A program made the translations under genes and the position numbers. Shown piece after piece: positions 41,896 through 54,887 of a stretch of 64,000 nucleotides of DNA. The number at the start of each line of letters is the position of its first letter. The first letter of the stretch is position 1. The stretch comes from Candidatus Izemoplasmatales bacterium. GTDB taxonomy: Bacteria > Bacillota_I > Bacilli_A > Izemoplasmatales > Hujiaoplasmataceae. The notes under the pieces are model-generated. The model was given only the letters and a program-made list of their open reading frames with translations, was not told where the DNA came from and did no database searches. The stretch spans positions 1-64,000 of the forward strand of contig JBFXGX010000005.1 of the NCBI GenBank assembly GCA_050177605.1, given 5' to 3'.

Positions 41896-41930
41896 AAAAA
41901 GAAAAGACGATATCAAAATCGTCTTTTTTT
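41896..41930. terminator. Bidirectional terminator between hslO and the GH16 gene
   Basis: AAAAGACGAT-ATCAAA-ATCGTCTTTT with flanking runs. Confidence 0.75.
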
Positions 41931-41935
41931 ATTAA

Positions 41936-43195
41936 TTAAGTAATAATTGCAGTTTCAAGCGGTGTTCCTAAGTTTCCAGCATAATCTTCCGCAATGATAA
42001 TAATCATATTCGTATCATCTGCTTTTAGATTCGTTAGCAATACCCCTGTCAGACTTGTTTTCTTCGCTAAAACACCATTCACATAAACATAATATTTAGC
42101 TACTTGTTTATCGTCTGAAGCTGCTGTCCAAATTAGATATGCAGATGTACCTGTTTGGTATAAAACTCTTGGGTTTGTTGGGTTATGTGGCGCCTCACTA
42201 TCACCATAAACATAATCTTGTTGGTAAACACGTACATAATCAACTTTATAAGATTGTGGGAAGATTGAATCATCAACACCTTGTGCTCCACCCCAATTAC
42301 CGCCAATTGCGAAATTCAAGATAAGGTAGAAGTATTGGTCAAACGGCCAATCAACTGACGTATCATAAAGAACGGTTTGTGACAAATAAGGACTGTAAGA
42401 TTCACTCGCATACTCATGCCCATCAAAATACCAAGTAATACTATTTTCGTCCCATTCGATGCCATATACATGGAATTCATTTGCGACATCAATGGATGCT
42501 AGTACATTTTGTGTAATTAATGAATTTGTAGAACCTCCACGTCCATTTGAACCATTAAAACGATCCGTATGGATGGTTCCATAAACAACATTCATATCAT
42601 ATCCAACATGTTCCATAATATCGATTTCGCCGCTATCTGGCCAACCACCGTATTTTGAAGTAGAAGGCATCATCCAAAATGCAGGCCAAGTACCTCTACC
42701 AGCTGGCAACATAGCACGCATTTCAAACTTACCATATTTCCAATCAATTTTTCCGTTTGTCCAAATTTTAGCGGAGGTATAATTATACCCACTAAAAGAT
42801 TCTTTTTTACCAACAATATTTAAATAATCTCCATCAACATATAAGTTATCTGTTCTAGAAGTGTAGTATTGTAACTCATTATTACCAAATCCGCCACCGC
42901 CAGTTACAACATTCCACTTAGTTGAATCAACGCCACCAGTGTAATTAAATTCATCGCACCAAACGGGTACCCATCCATCCACAATTTCGATTGACGAACA
43001 TTCTGAAGGAATAGAATTCGATAATGCCGTTGCGGTGTTGGTGATTAATTCTCCGGACGTCGTTGTCGTAGTAGTAGTTGTATCAGATGAAGTCGTTGTG
43101 GTTGTTGTGGTTGTACTTGTGGTTACCGTCTCACAACCTACAAGCGCTATAATGGTTAATATCATGACCCCTAGCGTTACAATTTTCTTTTTCAT
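41936..43195 (-). CDS. GH16 glycoside hydrolase lipoprotein (laminarinase-like) with Thr-rich linker and Fn3-like C-terminus
   Basis: Lipobox LVGC; WCDEF, NNELQYY, GTWPAFWM, GEIDIME catalytic motif, PFDQYFYLILN.AIGGNWGG, VDYVRVY. Confidence 0.92.
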   Translation of the reverse strand: MKKKIVTLGVMILTIIALVGCETVTTSTTTTTTTTSSDTTTTTTTTSGELITNTATALSNSIPSECSSIEIVDGWVPVWCDEFNYTGGVDSTKWNVVTGGGGFGNNELQYYTSRTDNLYVDGDYLNIVGKKESFSGYNYTSAKIWTNGKIDWKYGKFEMRAMLPAGRGTWPAFWMMPSTSKYGGWPDSGEIDIMEHVGYDMNVVYGTIHTDRFNGSNGRGGSTNSLITQNVLASIDVANEFHVYGIEWDENSITWYFDGHEYASESYSPYLSQTVLYDTSVDWPFDQYFYLILNFAIGGNWGGAQGVDDSIFPQSYKVDYVRVYQQDYVYGDSEAPHNPTNPRVLYQTGTSAYLIWTAASDDKQVAKYYVYVNGVLAKKTSLTGVLLTNLKADDTNMIIIIAEDYAGNLGTPLETAIIT

Positions 43196-43301
43196 AAATT
43201 AACTCCTTTTTGTATGTAAACTGTTACACACAAAATAATACCATAATAAAAGCGAAAAAAAAAGGAAAAACGCATATGAAATTCGTTTCCTTTTTATTTT
43301 G

Positions 43302-44168
43302 CTATAAGATTTTGTTGATTTCGTTAGATAAACGGACAAATGATTCGATTGGCAATGCTTCTGCTCGAACTGAAGGTTCGATTCCTGCATCTTTTATTGC
43401 GGTCTCAATCATCTCTTTATCTACATTTGGATATGCATTTCTTAGGTTGTTGTATAATGTTTTTCTTCTTTGCGCAAAAGTTTGTCTTACTAATCCAAAA
43501 AAGAATTCTTCATTTTCAACTTTAAATAGCGGTTTATCCCTTAATTGGATTTCAATGATTGCGGAATCAACATTGGGTTCTGGTATAAAAACTGTTCTTG
43601 GCACTTTAAATAATATTTTCGTTTCTGCTCGGTATTGAATAGCGATACTGAGTGAGTTATAGTCTTTTGAGTTAGGTTTTGAAGCCATCCGGGATGCAAC
43701 TTCAAGTTGAACCATCAAAATTAATTTGGATACTCTTTTCGATGTCTCTAAAAACTTCATTAAAATAGGTGTCGTAATATAATAGGGTAAATTTGCTACC
43801 ACAACGACTTCTGTTTCATCTTTAAAAAACTTATCAATGTCATCATCAATGTGAGCTTCTAAAATATCTTGATGTAATAAGTAAAAATGAGATTCGTCTT
43901 TAAACTCGGATTCAAGAATCGGGATTAAATCCTTATCAATTTCATAAGCGAGTACTTCTTTTGCATTTTCTAGAAGTTTTTGAGTTAATGATCCTAGACC
44001 AGGGCCAATTTCAATCACTGAAGTAGCTTTTGAAATACCAGAAGAAGCAACGATTTGATTTAGAATATTTTGATCAACGAGAAAATTTTGGCCAAAATGT
44101 TTTTTTACATGCAGGTCATTTTTTTTCATTGCTGATTTAATTTCGTTAATCGTTCCAATTTTCTTCAT
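43302..44168 (-). CDS. rsmA: 16S rRNA m6,2A dimethyltransferase
   Basis: KKHFGQNFL, IEIGPGLG, VANLPYYITTP, F.QRRKTL.N. Confidence 0.96.
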   Translation of the reverse strand: MKKIGTINEIKSAMKKNDLHVKKHFGQNFLVDQNILNQIVASSGISKATSVIEIGPGLGSLTQKLLENAKEVLAYEIDKDLIPILESEFKDESHFYLLHQDILEAHIDDDIDKFFKDETEVVVVANLPYYITTPILMKFLETSKRVSKLILMVQLEVASRMASKPNSKDYNSLSIAIQYRAETKILFKVPRTVFIPEPNVDSAIIEIQLRDKPLFKVENEEFFFGLVRQTFAQRRKTLYNNLRNAYPNVDKEMIETAIKDAGIEPSVRAEALPIESFVRLSNEINKIL

Positions 44169-44703
44169 CGATGATTTCACTCAATTCTTTTAATGATAGT
44201 TGAAGCATATGACAATATTTTAACAACGTCTTACCATTACAATAAGGAATGTGTAGTCGTTCACAAATACGAATTCTTCGCTCTTTCGAACCAGAATGAC
44301 CATTTAACTCTAAATGAAATAAATCCTTCATTGAGAGAGCGGGCAATACATCACTTGAAAGTGAAACAACACCCTCTAAACAAGCAATAATATCTTCTTT
44401 TGTCGCATGTTCAATACCAATTTTCTTTCTATTTTTACTATAAGCCAAATGACGACTTAATGCTGCTATTTTAATATTACTAATACCTGGAATGTCTAAA
44501 ATTTTTTGAGTGATTTGTCTGCCAGGATAATCAGGATCCAACATTAAAATAACACCTCGTTCAATTGAAGCTTGATAGATTAATGACTTTGTTTGTTCAC
44601 TAATTTCGCTTCCTCCTGTTACAATAACAGAAGCATCTTGATAGATTGATTTAATTTTCTGTTCGTCATGAAGACCTTCGACGACAATGATTTCTTTAAG
44701 CAC
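44146..44703 (-). CDS. rnmV: Ribonuclease M5
   Basis: EIIVVEG..D Toprim, DPDYPG, IGIEHA; upstream of rsmA; probable GTG start. Confidence 0.92.
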   Translation of the reverse strand: MLKEIIVVEGLHDEQKIKSIYQDASVIVTGGSEISEQTKSLIYQASIERGVILMLDPDYPGRQITQKILDIPGISNIKIAALSRHLAYSKNRKKIGIEHATKEDIIACLEGVVSLSSDVLPALSMKDLFHLELNGHSGSKERRIRICERLHIPYCNGKTLLKYCHMLQLSLKELSEIIDEENWND

Positions 44704-45625
44704 AAGACACCTCATCCTCTTGATGAATGAAATATCTCTTTTTGATATGTTTTGGAATGATGATACAAATTGCTTGCCTCATCACGTGAATATCTTGATT
44801 ACCTATCCCACCTGATTCACCATCTACATTCCATCTACTTCTAATATTGGTGACTACTTTTAAATTGGAAGTTGTAAATCTTTTTACTAATGGTGTTGAC
44901 CAAAATGGAAGTAAAAATGATGTGAAATAAAGCACGAAATTAAAAGGAAAGATATTTCTATATAAAACTACATTCACTTTGCCATCGTCTAGTTTAGGTC
45001 GATAGATCATATTGATACCTGCAACTCTCTTAGAATTGATAATCAACATTAAACTAAATTTACCCCTAAACTCTCCACCATCATGCTTAATCTTCATTCT
45101 CATTTTTGGGATTGTAAATAACTCTTCCGCACCTTTAATTAAATATGCAAAATATCCAATCTTCTTCTTCAATTTAGAATCCGTTACATAAGATATATCG
45201 ATAAATGCACCATTCCCAGAAACATAACAAAAATACCTATCATTTGACTTAACAATATCCATCTTCACAGGATGGTTATTAAGCATGACATCTAATGCTT
45301 TTTTGATGTTTTTCTTAAGCCCTAATGTATGTCCTATGTCGCAACATGTTCCAGCTGGAATATAGCCAATTACAGGCCTTTTATCAAAGTCCATTAAACC
45401 GTTAACGACCTCATTAAAAGTGCCATCTCCACCAACAATAACAATCATATCGACTTCATCTTTACACGCTTGTTTTGCTAATTCTGTCGCATGTCCCATA
45501 TAACTTGTAGGTAAAGGAAAAACGTCATGTCCTCGCTCTGCTAAACGGTCTATGACGTAATGTAAGCTTTCTGTGAAATTTTGTTTTCCGCTCATCGGAT
45601 TATAAATCAAATATGTTTTCTTCAC
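44696..45625 (-). CDS. Diacylglycerol/lipid kinase family protein
   Basis: YNPMSG, GGDGTFNEVVNG, IPAGT, VDGE; probable GTG start after AGGTGA. Confidence 0.88.
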   Translation of the reverse strand: MKKTYLIYNPMSGKQNFTESLHYVIDRLAERGHDVFPLPTSYMGHATELAKQACKDEVDMIVIVGGDGTFNEVVNGLMDFDKRPVIGYIPAGTCCDIGHTLGLKKNIKKALDVMLNNHPVKMDIVKSNDRYFCYVSGNGAFIDISYVTDSKLKKKIGYFAYLIKGAEELFTIPKMRMKIKHDGGEFRGKFSLMLIINSKRVAGINMIYRPKLDDGKVNVVLYRNIFPFNFVLYFTSFLLPFWSTPLVKRFTTSNLKVVTNIRSRWNVDGESGGIGNQDIHVMRQAICIIIPKHIKKRYFIHQEDEVSCA

Positions 45626-45743
45626 GAAATCACCTAGCAACATTATATCATACCAAAAGTAAATTTTCTACTTAGACTTGCCCTTCTTTAATTACTTTAC
45701 AAAAACACCTCAATTTCTGTTATAATAGAGGAGGTGAATATAA

Positions 45744-46403
45744 ATGAAGATAAATACAATTCTATTCGATTTGGACGGAACACTCGTTGATTCCAACGAA
45801 TTAATCTTAGAATCTTTTCGAAGAACTTTCCTCAAATTCGATCCTACGAAAAATTATTCAAAAGCAGCGCTACTAGAAATGATGGGGCCGCCTCTTTACG
45901 AAACATTTAGAGAAGTGACCGATGAAGAATCGGTCATTCATGAAATGATTGATTATTATCGTAAAATATATGTTGAGATAGAGTTTGATTATGTTAGGCT
46001 ATATCCTTACACTTTAGAGATGCTCTCTTATTTCAAAAACAAAGGATATAATCTCGCAATAGTAACAACTAAATTCTTAGTTTCTGCAGTTCCTTCCATC
46101 GAGGAGTTTCATATTAACGATTATATTGATGTCGTAATTTCTCTAGACGATGTAAAAAACCATAAACCACATCCAGAACCAGTTCTTGCGGCATTAAATC
46201 GATTTGATAACGTTATGAACGCCGTGATGGTTGGAGATAATTATACGGATTTAGAATCTGGAAAAGCTGCCGGTATTTTGACTTGCGGCCTAGAATGGTC
46301 TTTTAAAAAGGACACGCTTTTACAAACGAATCCAACCTTCTGGATTCACTCATTTAAGGATTTAATTACACAGATTGAAGAATATAATAAGGAGGAATCA
46401 TAA
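45744..46403 (+). CDS. ppaX: HAD-family pyrophosphatase PpaX-like
   Basis: FDLDGTL, IVTTK, KPHPEP, MVGDN..D...GK.AG. Confidence 0.75.
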   Translation: MKINTILFDLDGTLVDSNELILESFRRTFLKFDPTKNYSKAALLEMMGPPLYETFREVTDEESVIHEMIDYYRKIYVEIEFDYVRLYPYTLEMLSYFKNKGYNLAIVTTKFLVSAVPSIEEFHINDYIDVVISLDDVKNHKPHPEPVLAALNRFDNVMNAVMVGDNYTDLESGKAAGILTCGLEWSFKKDTLLQTNPTFWIHSFKDLITQIEEYNKEES

Positions 46404-46819
46404 TGGATTGTGTATTTTGTAGAATCGTTGCCGGGGAAATACCTTCCTATAAGGTGTATGAAGATGAACATATTCTTGCGATTCTTGATATTTCTCAAGC
46501 AACAAAGGGTCACACATTAATTATTGCAAAAGAGCATTACAAAAATCTTTACGACATCGACGAAGATTTAGCAGGAAACATTTTTAAAACAATTCCAAAG
46601 ATTGCGCGAGCAATCCGAGACGCTTTTCATCCCATTGGTCTTAATGTTTTAATCAACACAGAAAAGCCACTTCAAACCGTATTTCATTTTCACGTGCATT
46701 TAATTCCACGATATCACATGGATGGTGTTGATATTGATTTCATTAACAATCAAGGGATTACTACCAAAGAAACCTATCTTGAAACGGCAAAATTAATTCA
46801 AGATCATATTCAAGAATAA
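46403..46819 (+). CDS. HIT family nucleotide hydrolase
   Basis: CVFC, GHTL, QTVFHFHVHLIPR. Confidence 0.93.
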   Translation: MDCVFCRIVAGEIPSYKVYEDEHILAILDISQATKGHTLIIAKEHYKNLYDIDEDLAGNIFKTIPKIARAIRDAFHPIGLNVLINTEKPLQTVFHFHVHLIPRYHMDGVDIDFINNQGITTKETYLETAKLIQDHIQE

Positions 46820-46820
46820 G

Positions 46821-46856
46821 AAAAAACACGAGGAAATCGGTCCTCGTGTTTTCTTT
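46821..46856. terminator. Bidirectional terminator
   Basis: AAAACACGAGGA-AATCGG-TCCTCGTGTTTT. Confidence 0.8.
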
Positions 46857-46871
46857 ATTTATGCGATAAAT

Positions 46872-47510
46872 TTATCCGTTGATGCATGTTTGATAATTGT
46901 TATATACTTTTGTAGTACTTGTTCCTGATTTTTTAAACATATTTCTGACTTGACTCATAAGGTCTGTCCCAACACCAATATAACGATCTTTTGAGAAAGC
47001 TGCTAAATGACTATAAGATGCGTTTTGAAGTGCTGTAAATACGTCTCTAACATCATCAGGTAAATCTTGACCTAAGAAGGCTGCATACATTGCGATATTC
47101 ATTTCTTCTGCTTGAATACCTGTTGCTAAAGCGCTAGTCACTGAATCTGGAACGACTACATAATCAGCTGCTGTGTTTTCTGGAACGCTGATTCCATAGG
47201 CTTCAAATAAAGGTAATAAAAGACTAATATGAGTTCCTTCTGCTAAAATAACGTTTGTGAATGGGCGAATTTCTCCATAGGTGCTAATGATTGCTTGGTA
47301 TTCTGCTTGCGCCATATATTCATCTTGAAGAGCGTAAACCAACATTTCTTCTAGCGTATAACTATCTGCAGATAATGCATCTGCGCTACCATAATTAATA
47401 CTTGCTGTGTCATAAACAGCGTCTGCGCTGACAGTTGATAATGTAAATGTAAGACCAAAAGTTAAAACCACCGCGGCAATGATTGCCACTTTAATCATAT
47501 TTTTTTTCAT
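46872..47510 (-). CDS. Secreted ferritin-like (DUF2202-type) protein
   Basis: Signal peptide; ALQDEY.A...Y, PF.N...AE.TH, AE..NI.MY, AS..HL.AF. Confidence 0.75.
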   Translation of the reverse strand: MKKNMIKVAIIAAVVLTFGLTFTLSTVSADAVYDTASINYGSADALSADSYTLEEMLVYALQDEYMAQAEYQAIISTYGEIRPFTNVILAEGTHISLLLPLFEAYGISVPENTAADYVVVPDSVTSALATGIQAEEMNIAMYAAFLGQDLPDDVRDVFTALQNASYSHLAAFSKDRYIGVGTDLMSQVRNMFKKSGTSTTKVYNNYQTCING

Positions 47511-47601
47511 TGTTAAATTCCTCCTTGAATTTTGTTTTCGGAAGATATACGCTTTGAAAAAATCAATTATTGGGATTTAACAAATCCATCACAAAACCCT
47601 C

Positions 47602-47631
47602 AAAAAAGAAAGACACCCTTCCCGGATGTCT
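47602..47631 (-). terminator. serS terminator
   Basis: AGACATCC-GGGAA-GGGTGTCT followed by TTCTTTTTT. Confidence 0.65.
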
Positions 47632-47640
47632 ATTCAATCA

Positions 47641-48915
47641 TTATTTAATAAGGTCTGTCCCCATATATTTACGGAGTACCTCAGGAACAACAATCGTTCC
47701 ATCTGCTTGTTGGTAGTTTTCCATAATTGCAATAACGGTACGACCAACCGCAAGTCCAGAACCGTTTAACGTGTGGACATATTCAAGTTTAGAATCGTTA
47801 TCTCTTCTAAATTTGATATTCGCTCTTCTTGCTTGGTAATCTTCAGCATTAGAAATTGATCCTATCTCACGATACTTATTTTCGGATGGTAACCAAACTT
47901 CAATATCGAATGTTTTTCTCATACCAAAACCTAAATCTCCAGTACATAACTCAACGACACGGTAAGGTAGTTCTAAGAGTTGTAATACTTTTTCTGAATT
48001 TGCAAGCATCTTATCTAATTCTTCATAACTATCTTCAGGCTTTGTGAATTTAATAAGCTCTACTTTGTTAAATTGATGTTGTCTTAAAATTCCTCGAGTA
48101 TCTCTACCAGCAGAACCAGCTTCTTGGCGGAATGCCGTTGTATAAGATACATATTTAATTGGTAATTCTTGTACATTTAATACTTCATCACGATGTAGAT
48201 TAATCGTTGGAACTTCAGCTGTAGGATTTAAATATAAATTTCTTTCGTCATATAATTTAAACGCATCTTCCTTAAACTTAGGAAATTGCCCTGTCGCATA
48301 CATTGATGCTTCATTAACGATATAAGGAGGAATAATTTCACGATATCCATGTTCGTTGGAATGAAGATCCATCATCCATTGAATTAATGAACGTTCCAGT
48401 CTTGCGCCTAGCCCTTTGTATACAACAAATCTAGATCCACTAATTTTACCCGCGCGATTAAAATCAAGAATATCAAGTTTTTCACCAAGTTCGTAGTGTC
48501 CTAAAATTGGAAAGTTAAATTCTGTCGGAGTCAGATACTTCTTTAGTTCTTTGTTTTCAGAATCGTCTTTTCCAATGGTTATGGATTCGTTTGGAAGGTT
48601 TGGCGTCATCATTAAACTGAATTTAATTTCTTCCTCAGTTTTACTGATAAATTCATCAAGTGTCTTAATATCAGTACTATAAGAATCCATATCATTTAAG
48701 ATAGTTGTTACATCTTTACCTTCTCTTTTATACTGTCCAATCATCTTGGAAACTTCATTTTTCTTTTGCTTTAACGCTTCTGCTTTTTGAATTGCATAAC
48801 GTCTTTCTTCATCTTTTTGAACAACATCGCGAAGATAACTAAAATCTCCACCTCTGCGATTTAAAAGTTCAATTACTTTATCTGTTTCTTCACGAATTAA
48901 TTTAAGATCTAACAT
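47641..48915 (-). CDS. serS: Serine--tRNA ligase
   Basis: [38 protein letters not shown]. Confidence 0.98.
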   Translation of the reverse strand: MLDLKLIREETDKVIELLNRRGGDFSYLRDVVQKDEERRYAIQKAEALKQKKNEVSKMIGQYKREGKDVTTILNDMDSYSTDIKTLDEFISKTEEEIKFSLMMTPNLPNESITIGKDDSENKELKKYLTPTEFNFPILGHYELGEKLDILDFNRAGKISGSRFVVYKGLGARLERSLIQWMMDLHSNEHGYREIIPPYIVNEASMYATGQFPKFKEDAFKLYDERNLYLNPTAEVPTINLHRDEVLNVQELPIKYVSYTTAFRQEAGSAGRDTRGILRQHQFNKVELIKFTKPEDSYEELDKMLANSEKVLQLLELPYRVVELCTGDLGFGMRKTFDIEVWLPSENKYREIGSISNAEDYQARRANIKFRRDNDSKLEYVHTLNGSGLAVGRTVIAIMENYQQADGTIVVPEVLRKYMGTDLIK

Positions 48916-48925
48916 GAGAAACCTC

Positions 48926-51511
48926 CTAATAGCTTTCGCTTAAAATATCATCTATTGTATCATTATCTTCTTCGTTTGTTGACACAACTTCAGAAGTTTC
49001 TACAACTTTTGTTTCGTTTTCTACTTCTAACTCTAAATTTTCTGCCGTTTCAGCCACTGGCGTAATCTCAGAATCTTCATCTTTAGGAACAATTGCGATG
49101 GTTGCGACAGTGTGTCCTTCTAATAGATTAATAATTCTAACGCCTTGTGTAGAACGTTTTGTTTGTGCAATTTGATCAATCGGTACACGAATAATCATTC
49201 CTTTATCTGTCACAACAAGTAAATCTTCTTCACCGGTCACAGATATTAATTTCTTAAGGTTACCATTCTTTTCCGTAACATTAATTGTCTTTACACCTTT
49301 ACCACCACGGGATTGTTGGCGATATTCTTCGACAATTGTACGTTTCCCATATCCAAACGCTGTAATTGCTAGAACTTCTTCTTGCTCATCACTCACGCTC
49401 GTAACGCCGACAACTTCTTCTTTGTTTTCTAAATAAATACCACGAACACCGGCAGCATTTCTACCCATATCACGAACGTCTTGTTCGTTGAAACGGATTG
49501 CTTTACCGTTTGAAGCACCAATGATAATGTCTTTCGTTCCGTCGGTTAATTTAACTGAATGCAATGTGTCGTCTTCTCTTAATGACAATGCACGAATACC
49601 GTTAACACGAATGTTTTGGAAATCAGATACTTTTGTACGTTTTACAACACCTTTAGATGTAGTAAAGAATAGATAGCCATTTTCAAAATCTTTAACACTC
49701 ATGACTGCCGCTAAAGTTTCGTTTTCTACTAAATTAAGTAGATTAACAATAGGTAATCCTTTGGAGTTTCTTCCGTAACTTGGTATACGATATCCCTTAA
49801 TCTTATAGACACGTCCTAAAGAAGTAAAGAACAACAAGTAATCATGCGTAGAAGTAGAAATGATTGAATCAATTACATCATCTTCATTCATCTTCATACC
49901 GGATTTACCTCGTCCACCACGATTTTGAGATTTATAAACATCAATGTTCATTCTCTTAACATAACCATTGGTTGTGACTGCGATAATTACATCTTCAACA
50001 GGAATTAAATCCTCGTCTTCGATGTCATAATCACCATCTAAATCGATATCTGTACGACGAGCGTCGCCATATTTTTCTTTGACTTCATTTGCATCTTGAA
50101 TTAATAATTCTTTTCTTAACTCTTCACTCGATAAAATTTGGTTGAAGTAAGAAATTGATTCTTCGATTTCTTTTAACTCTTGATGAATTTTATCTCTTTC
50201 AAGCCCGCTTAAACGTCTTAATTGCATTGCAAGAATAGCTTTTGCTTGAATATCAGATAACCCAAATCGTTCAATTAGTCTTGATTCAGTATCATCATAA
50301 GAATCGCGAATTAATTGGATCACTTCATCGATATTATCAAGAGCAATGATAAATCCTTGTAACAAATGTTCTCTTTGTAATGCTTTATTTAGGTCAAAAT
50401 TCGTTTTTCTAATTAAAACTTCAACTTGATGGTTGTAGTAATGGCGAATCATATCAACAAGAGGTAAAATTTCAGGTTTCATATCAACAAGCGCCAGCAT
50501 GTTGATACCGAAAGAAACTTGAAGTTGAGAGTTTTTATATAGATTGTTTAGTAAAACTTCTGGATTAACATCTCTTCGAAGTTCCATCACAACTCTCATA
50601 CCATTACGATTAGATTCATCTCTTAAATCTGTAATGCCATCAATTCTTTTATCTTTTGCAAGTTCCGCAATACGTTCGATTAAAGTCGTTTTGTTTACTT
50701 GGTAAGGAATTTCTTTGATAATGATTTGTTTTTTCCCAGAAGCATACTCAATCGTTTCTGTTTTTGCTTTAACACGAATAATTCCTTTTCCAGTTTGATA
50801 GGCTTCTCGAATACCGCTTTGGCCAAGAATAATACCCCCCGTAGGAAAATCAGGACCTTTAATATAATCCATTAATTCTTCGGTTGTAATTTCAGGATTG
50901 TGAACGTATGCAATATACCCGTCCAATACCTCAGTTAAGTTATGTGGTGGAATATTGGTTGCCATACCTACAGCAATCCCCGTAGAACCGTTGATTAATA
51001 AGTTTGGTATTCTTGTTGGTAACACTTTTGGTTCTTGTTCTGAACCATCGTAGTTATCCATAAAATCAACTGTATCTTTTTTTAAGTCACGAAGAATTTC
51101 CATCGTGATTTTTTCCATTTTAGCTTCGGTGTAACGCATCGCTGCAGCACCATCACCATCCACTGAACCAAAGTTTCCATGCCCATTGACAAGTGGATAT
51201 CGATAACTAAAATCTTGCGCCATACGAACCATCGATTCATAAATTGCAGAGTCACCATGAGGGTGATACTTACCCATGACATCCCCGACAATACGTGCGC
51301 TCTTTTTATATTGTTTATCAGGATAAACACCTAGTTCGTCCATACCATATAAGATACGGCGATGAACAGGTTTAAGTCCATCTCTTACGTCTGGTAATGC
51401 GCGTTCAACAATAACGCTCATTGCATAACTTAAGAAGGAGTTTTTCATTTCGTTTGATATGTTGACTTCAATCACTTTACTAGGATTAAGTACATTTTTT
51501 ACATCTTCCAT
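48926..51511 (-). CDS. gyrA: DNA gyrase subunit A
   Basis: [24 protein letters not shown], GyrA-box QNRGGRG, acidic tail. Confidence 0.97.
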   Translation of the reverse strand: MEDVKNVLNPSKVIEVNISNEMKNSFLSYAMSVIVERALPDVRDGLKPVHRRILYGMDELGVYPDKQYKKSARIVGDVMGKYHPHGDSAIYESMVRMAQDFSYRYPLVNGHGNFGSVDGDGAAAMRYTEAKMEKITMEILRDLKKDTVDFMDNYDGSEQEPKVLPTRIPNLLINGSTGIAVGMATNIPPHNLTEVLDGYIAYVHNPEITTEELMDYIKGPDFPTGGIILGQSGIREAYQTGKGIIRVKAKTETIEYASGKKQIIIKEIPYQVNKTTLIERIAELAKDKRIDGITDLRDESNRNGMRVVMELRRDVNPEVLLNNLYKNSQLQVSFGINMLALVDMKPEILPLVDMIRHYYNHQVEVLIRKTNFDLNKALQREHLLQGFIIALDNIDEVIQLIRDSYDDTESRLIERFGLSDIQAKAILAMQLRRLSGLERDKIHQELKEIEESISYFNQILSSEELRKELLIQDANEVKEKYGDARRTDIDLDGDYDIEDEDLIPVEDVIIAVTTNGYVKRMNIDVYKSQNRGGRGKSGMKMNEDDVIDSIISTSTHDYLLFFTSLGRVYKIKGYRIPSYGRNSKGLPIVNLLNLVENETLAAVMSVKDFENGYLFFTTSKGVVKRTKVSDFQNIRVNGIRALSLREDDTLHSVKLTDGTKDIIIGASNGKAIRFNEQDVRDMGRNAAGVRGIYLENKEEVVGVTSVSDEQEEVLAITAFGYGKRTIVEEYRQQSRGGKGVKTINVTEKNGNLKKLISVTGEEDLLVVTDKGMIIRVPIDQIAQTKRSTQGVRIINLLEGHTVATIAIVPKDEDSEITPVAETAENLELEVENETKVVETSEVVSTNEEDNDTIDDILSESY

Positions 51512-51523
51512 GTGTTCTCCCCC

Positions 51524-54507
<2,984 letters not shown>

Positions 54508-54515
<8 letters not shown>

Positions 54516-54732
54516 CTTGTTTTCTCTCAATCTGAAGTACTACTTCATTATTGATAACAATTTGATCACCAGGATAACATTTCTTTCCTCTTCTGTTTTC
54601 TGCTTCGCCATTAAAGGTGATATCATTCTCCATCAAGAAAAATTTTGTTTCTCCACCGCTTGAAATAACGTTTGCAAATTTAAGTAATTGGCCCAAAGTG
54701 ATATAAGGGCTTGTGATATAAACTCTTTGCAT
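54508..54732 (-). CDS. yaaA: S4-domain RNA-binding protein YaaA
   Basis: YITLGQLLK, SGGE.K, NGEAENRRGKK.YPGD. Confidence 0.92.
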
Positions 54733-54761
54733 TGGGGCCTCCTAACATAACTGAAATCTCG

Positions 54762-54803
54762 ATATATTATATATAATATTATATAATATTATTATATAAT
54801 TTT
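54762..54803. repeat. 42-bp A/T-only tract with tandem ATATAATATT repeats
   Basis: Direct reading; ATATAATATT exact at 54771 and 54781. Confidence 0.8.
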
Positions 54804-54857
54804 CAACTTATATTTTTTTGCTTTTGAATTTTATCACAATGCTCTAAAAAAGCAAAA

Positions 54858-54887
54858 ATAAAAGAGCATAATTTGAATTTATGCTCT
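54858..54887 (-). terminator. mfd terminator
   Basis: AGAGCATAA-ATTCAAA-TTATGCTCT plus T-run. Confidence 0.7.

Noticed and set aside
43058..43129. Thr-rich tract in the GH16 gene as a phase-variable microsatellite
   Set aside because: Codons are mixed (ACA/ACC/ACG/ACT); it is a low-complexity protein linker, not a perfect repeat
43210..43638. 142-aa plus-strand ORF and overlapping 43199-43390 ORF
   Set aside because: The first is antisense to rsmA and the second overlaps its 3' end out of frame; both span the rsmA terminator-like hairpin and have no RBS or recognisable motif
48916..48925. T-box leader for serS (and likewise glnS)
   Set aside because: Intergenic gaps are only 10 nt and 4 nt, leaving no room
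54762..54803. A/T tract as a second replication origin or DUE
   Set aside because: No DnaA boxes nearby; the box cluster is at 63.0-63.3 kb
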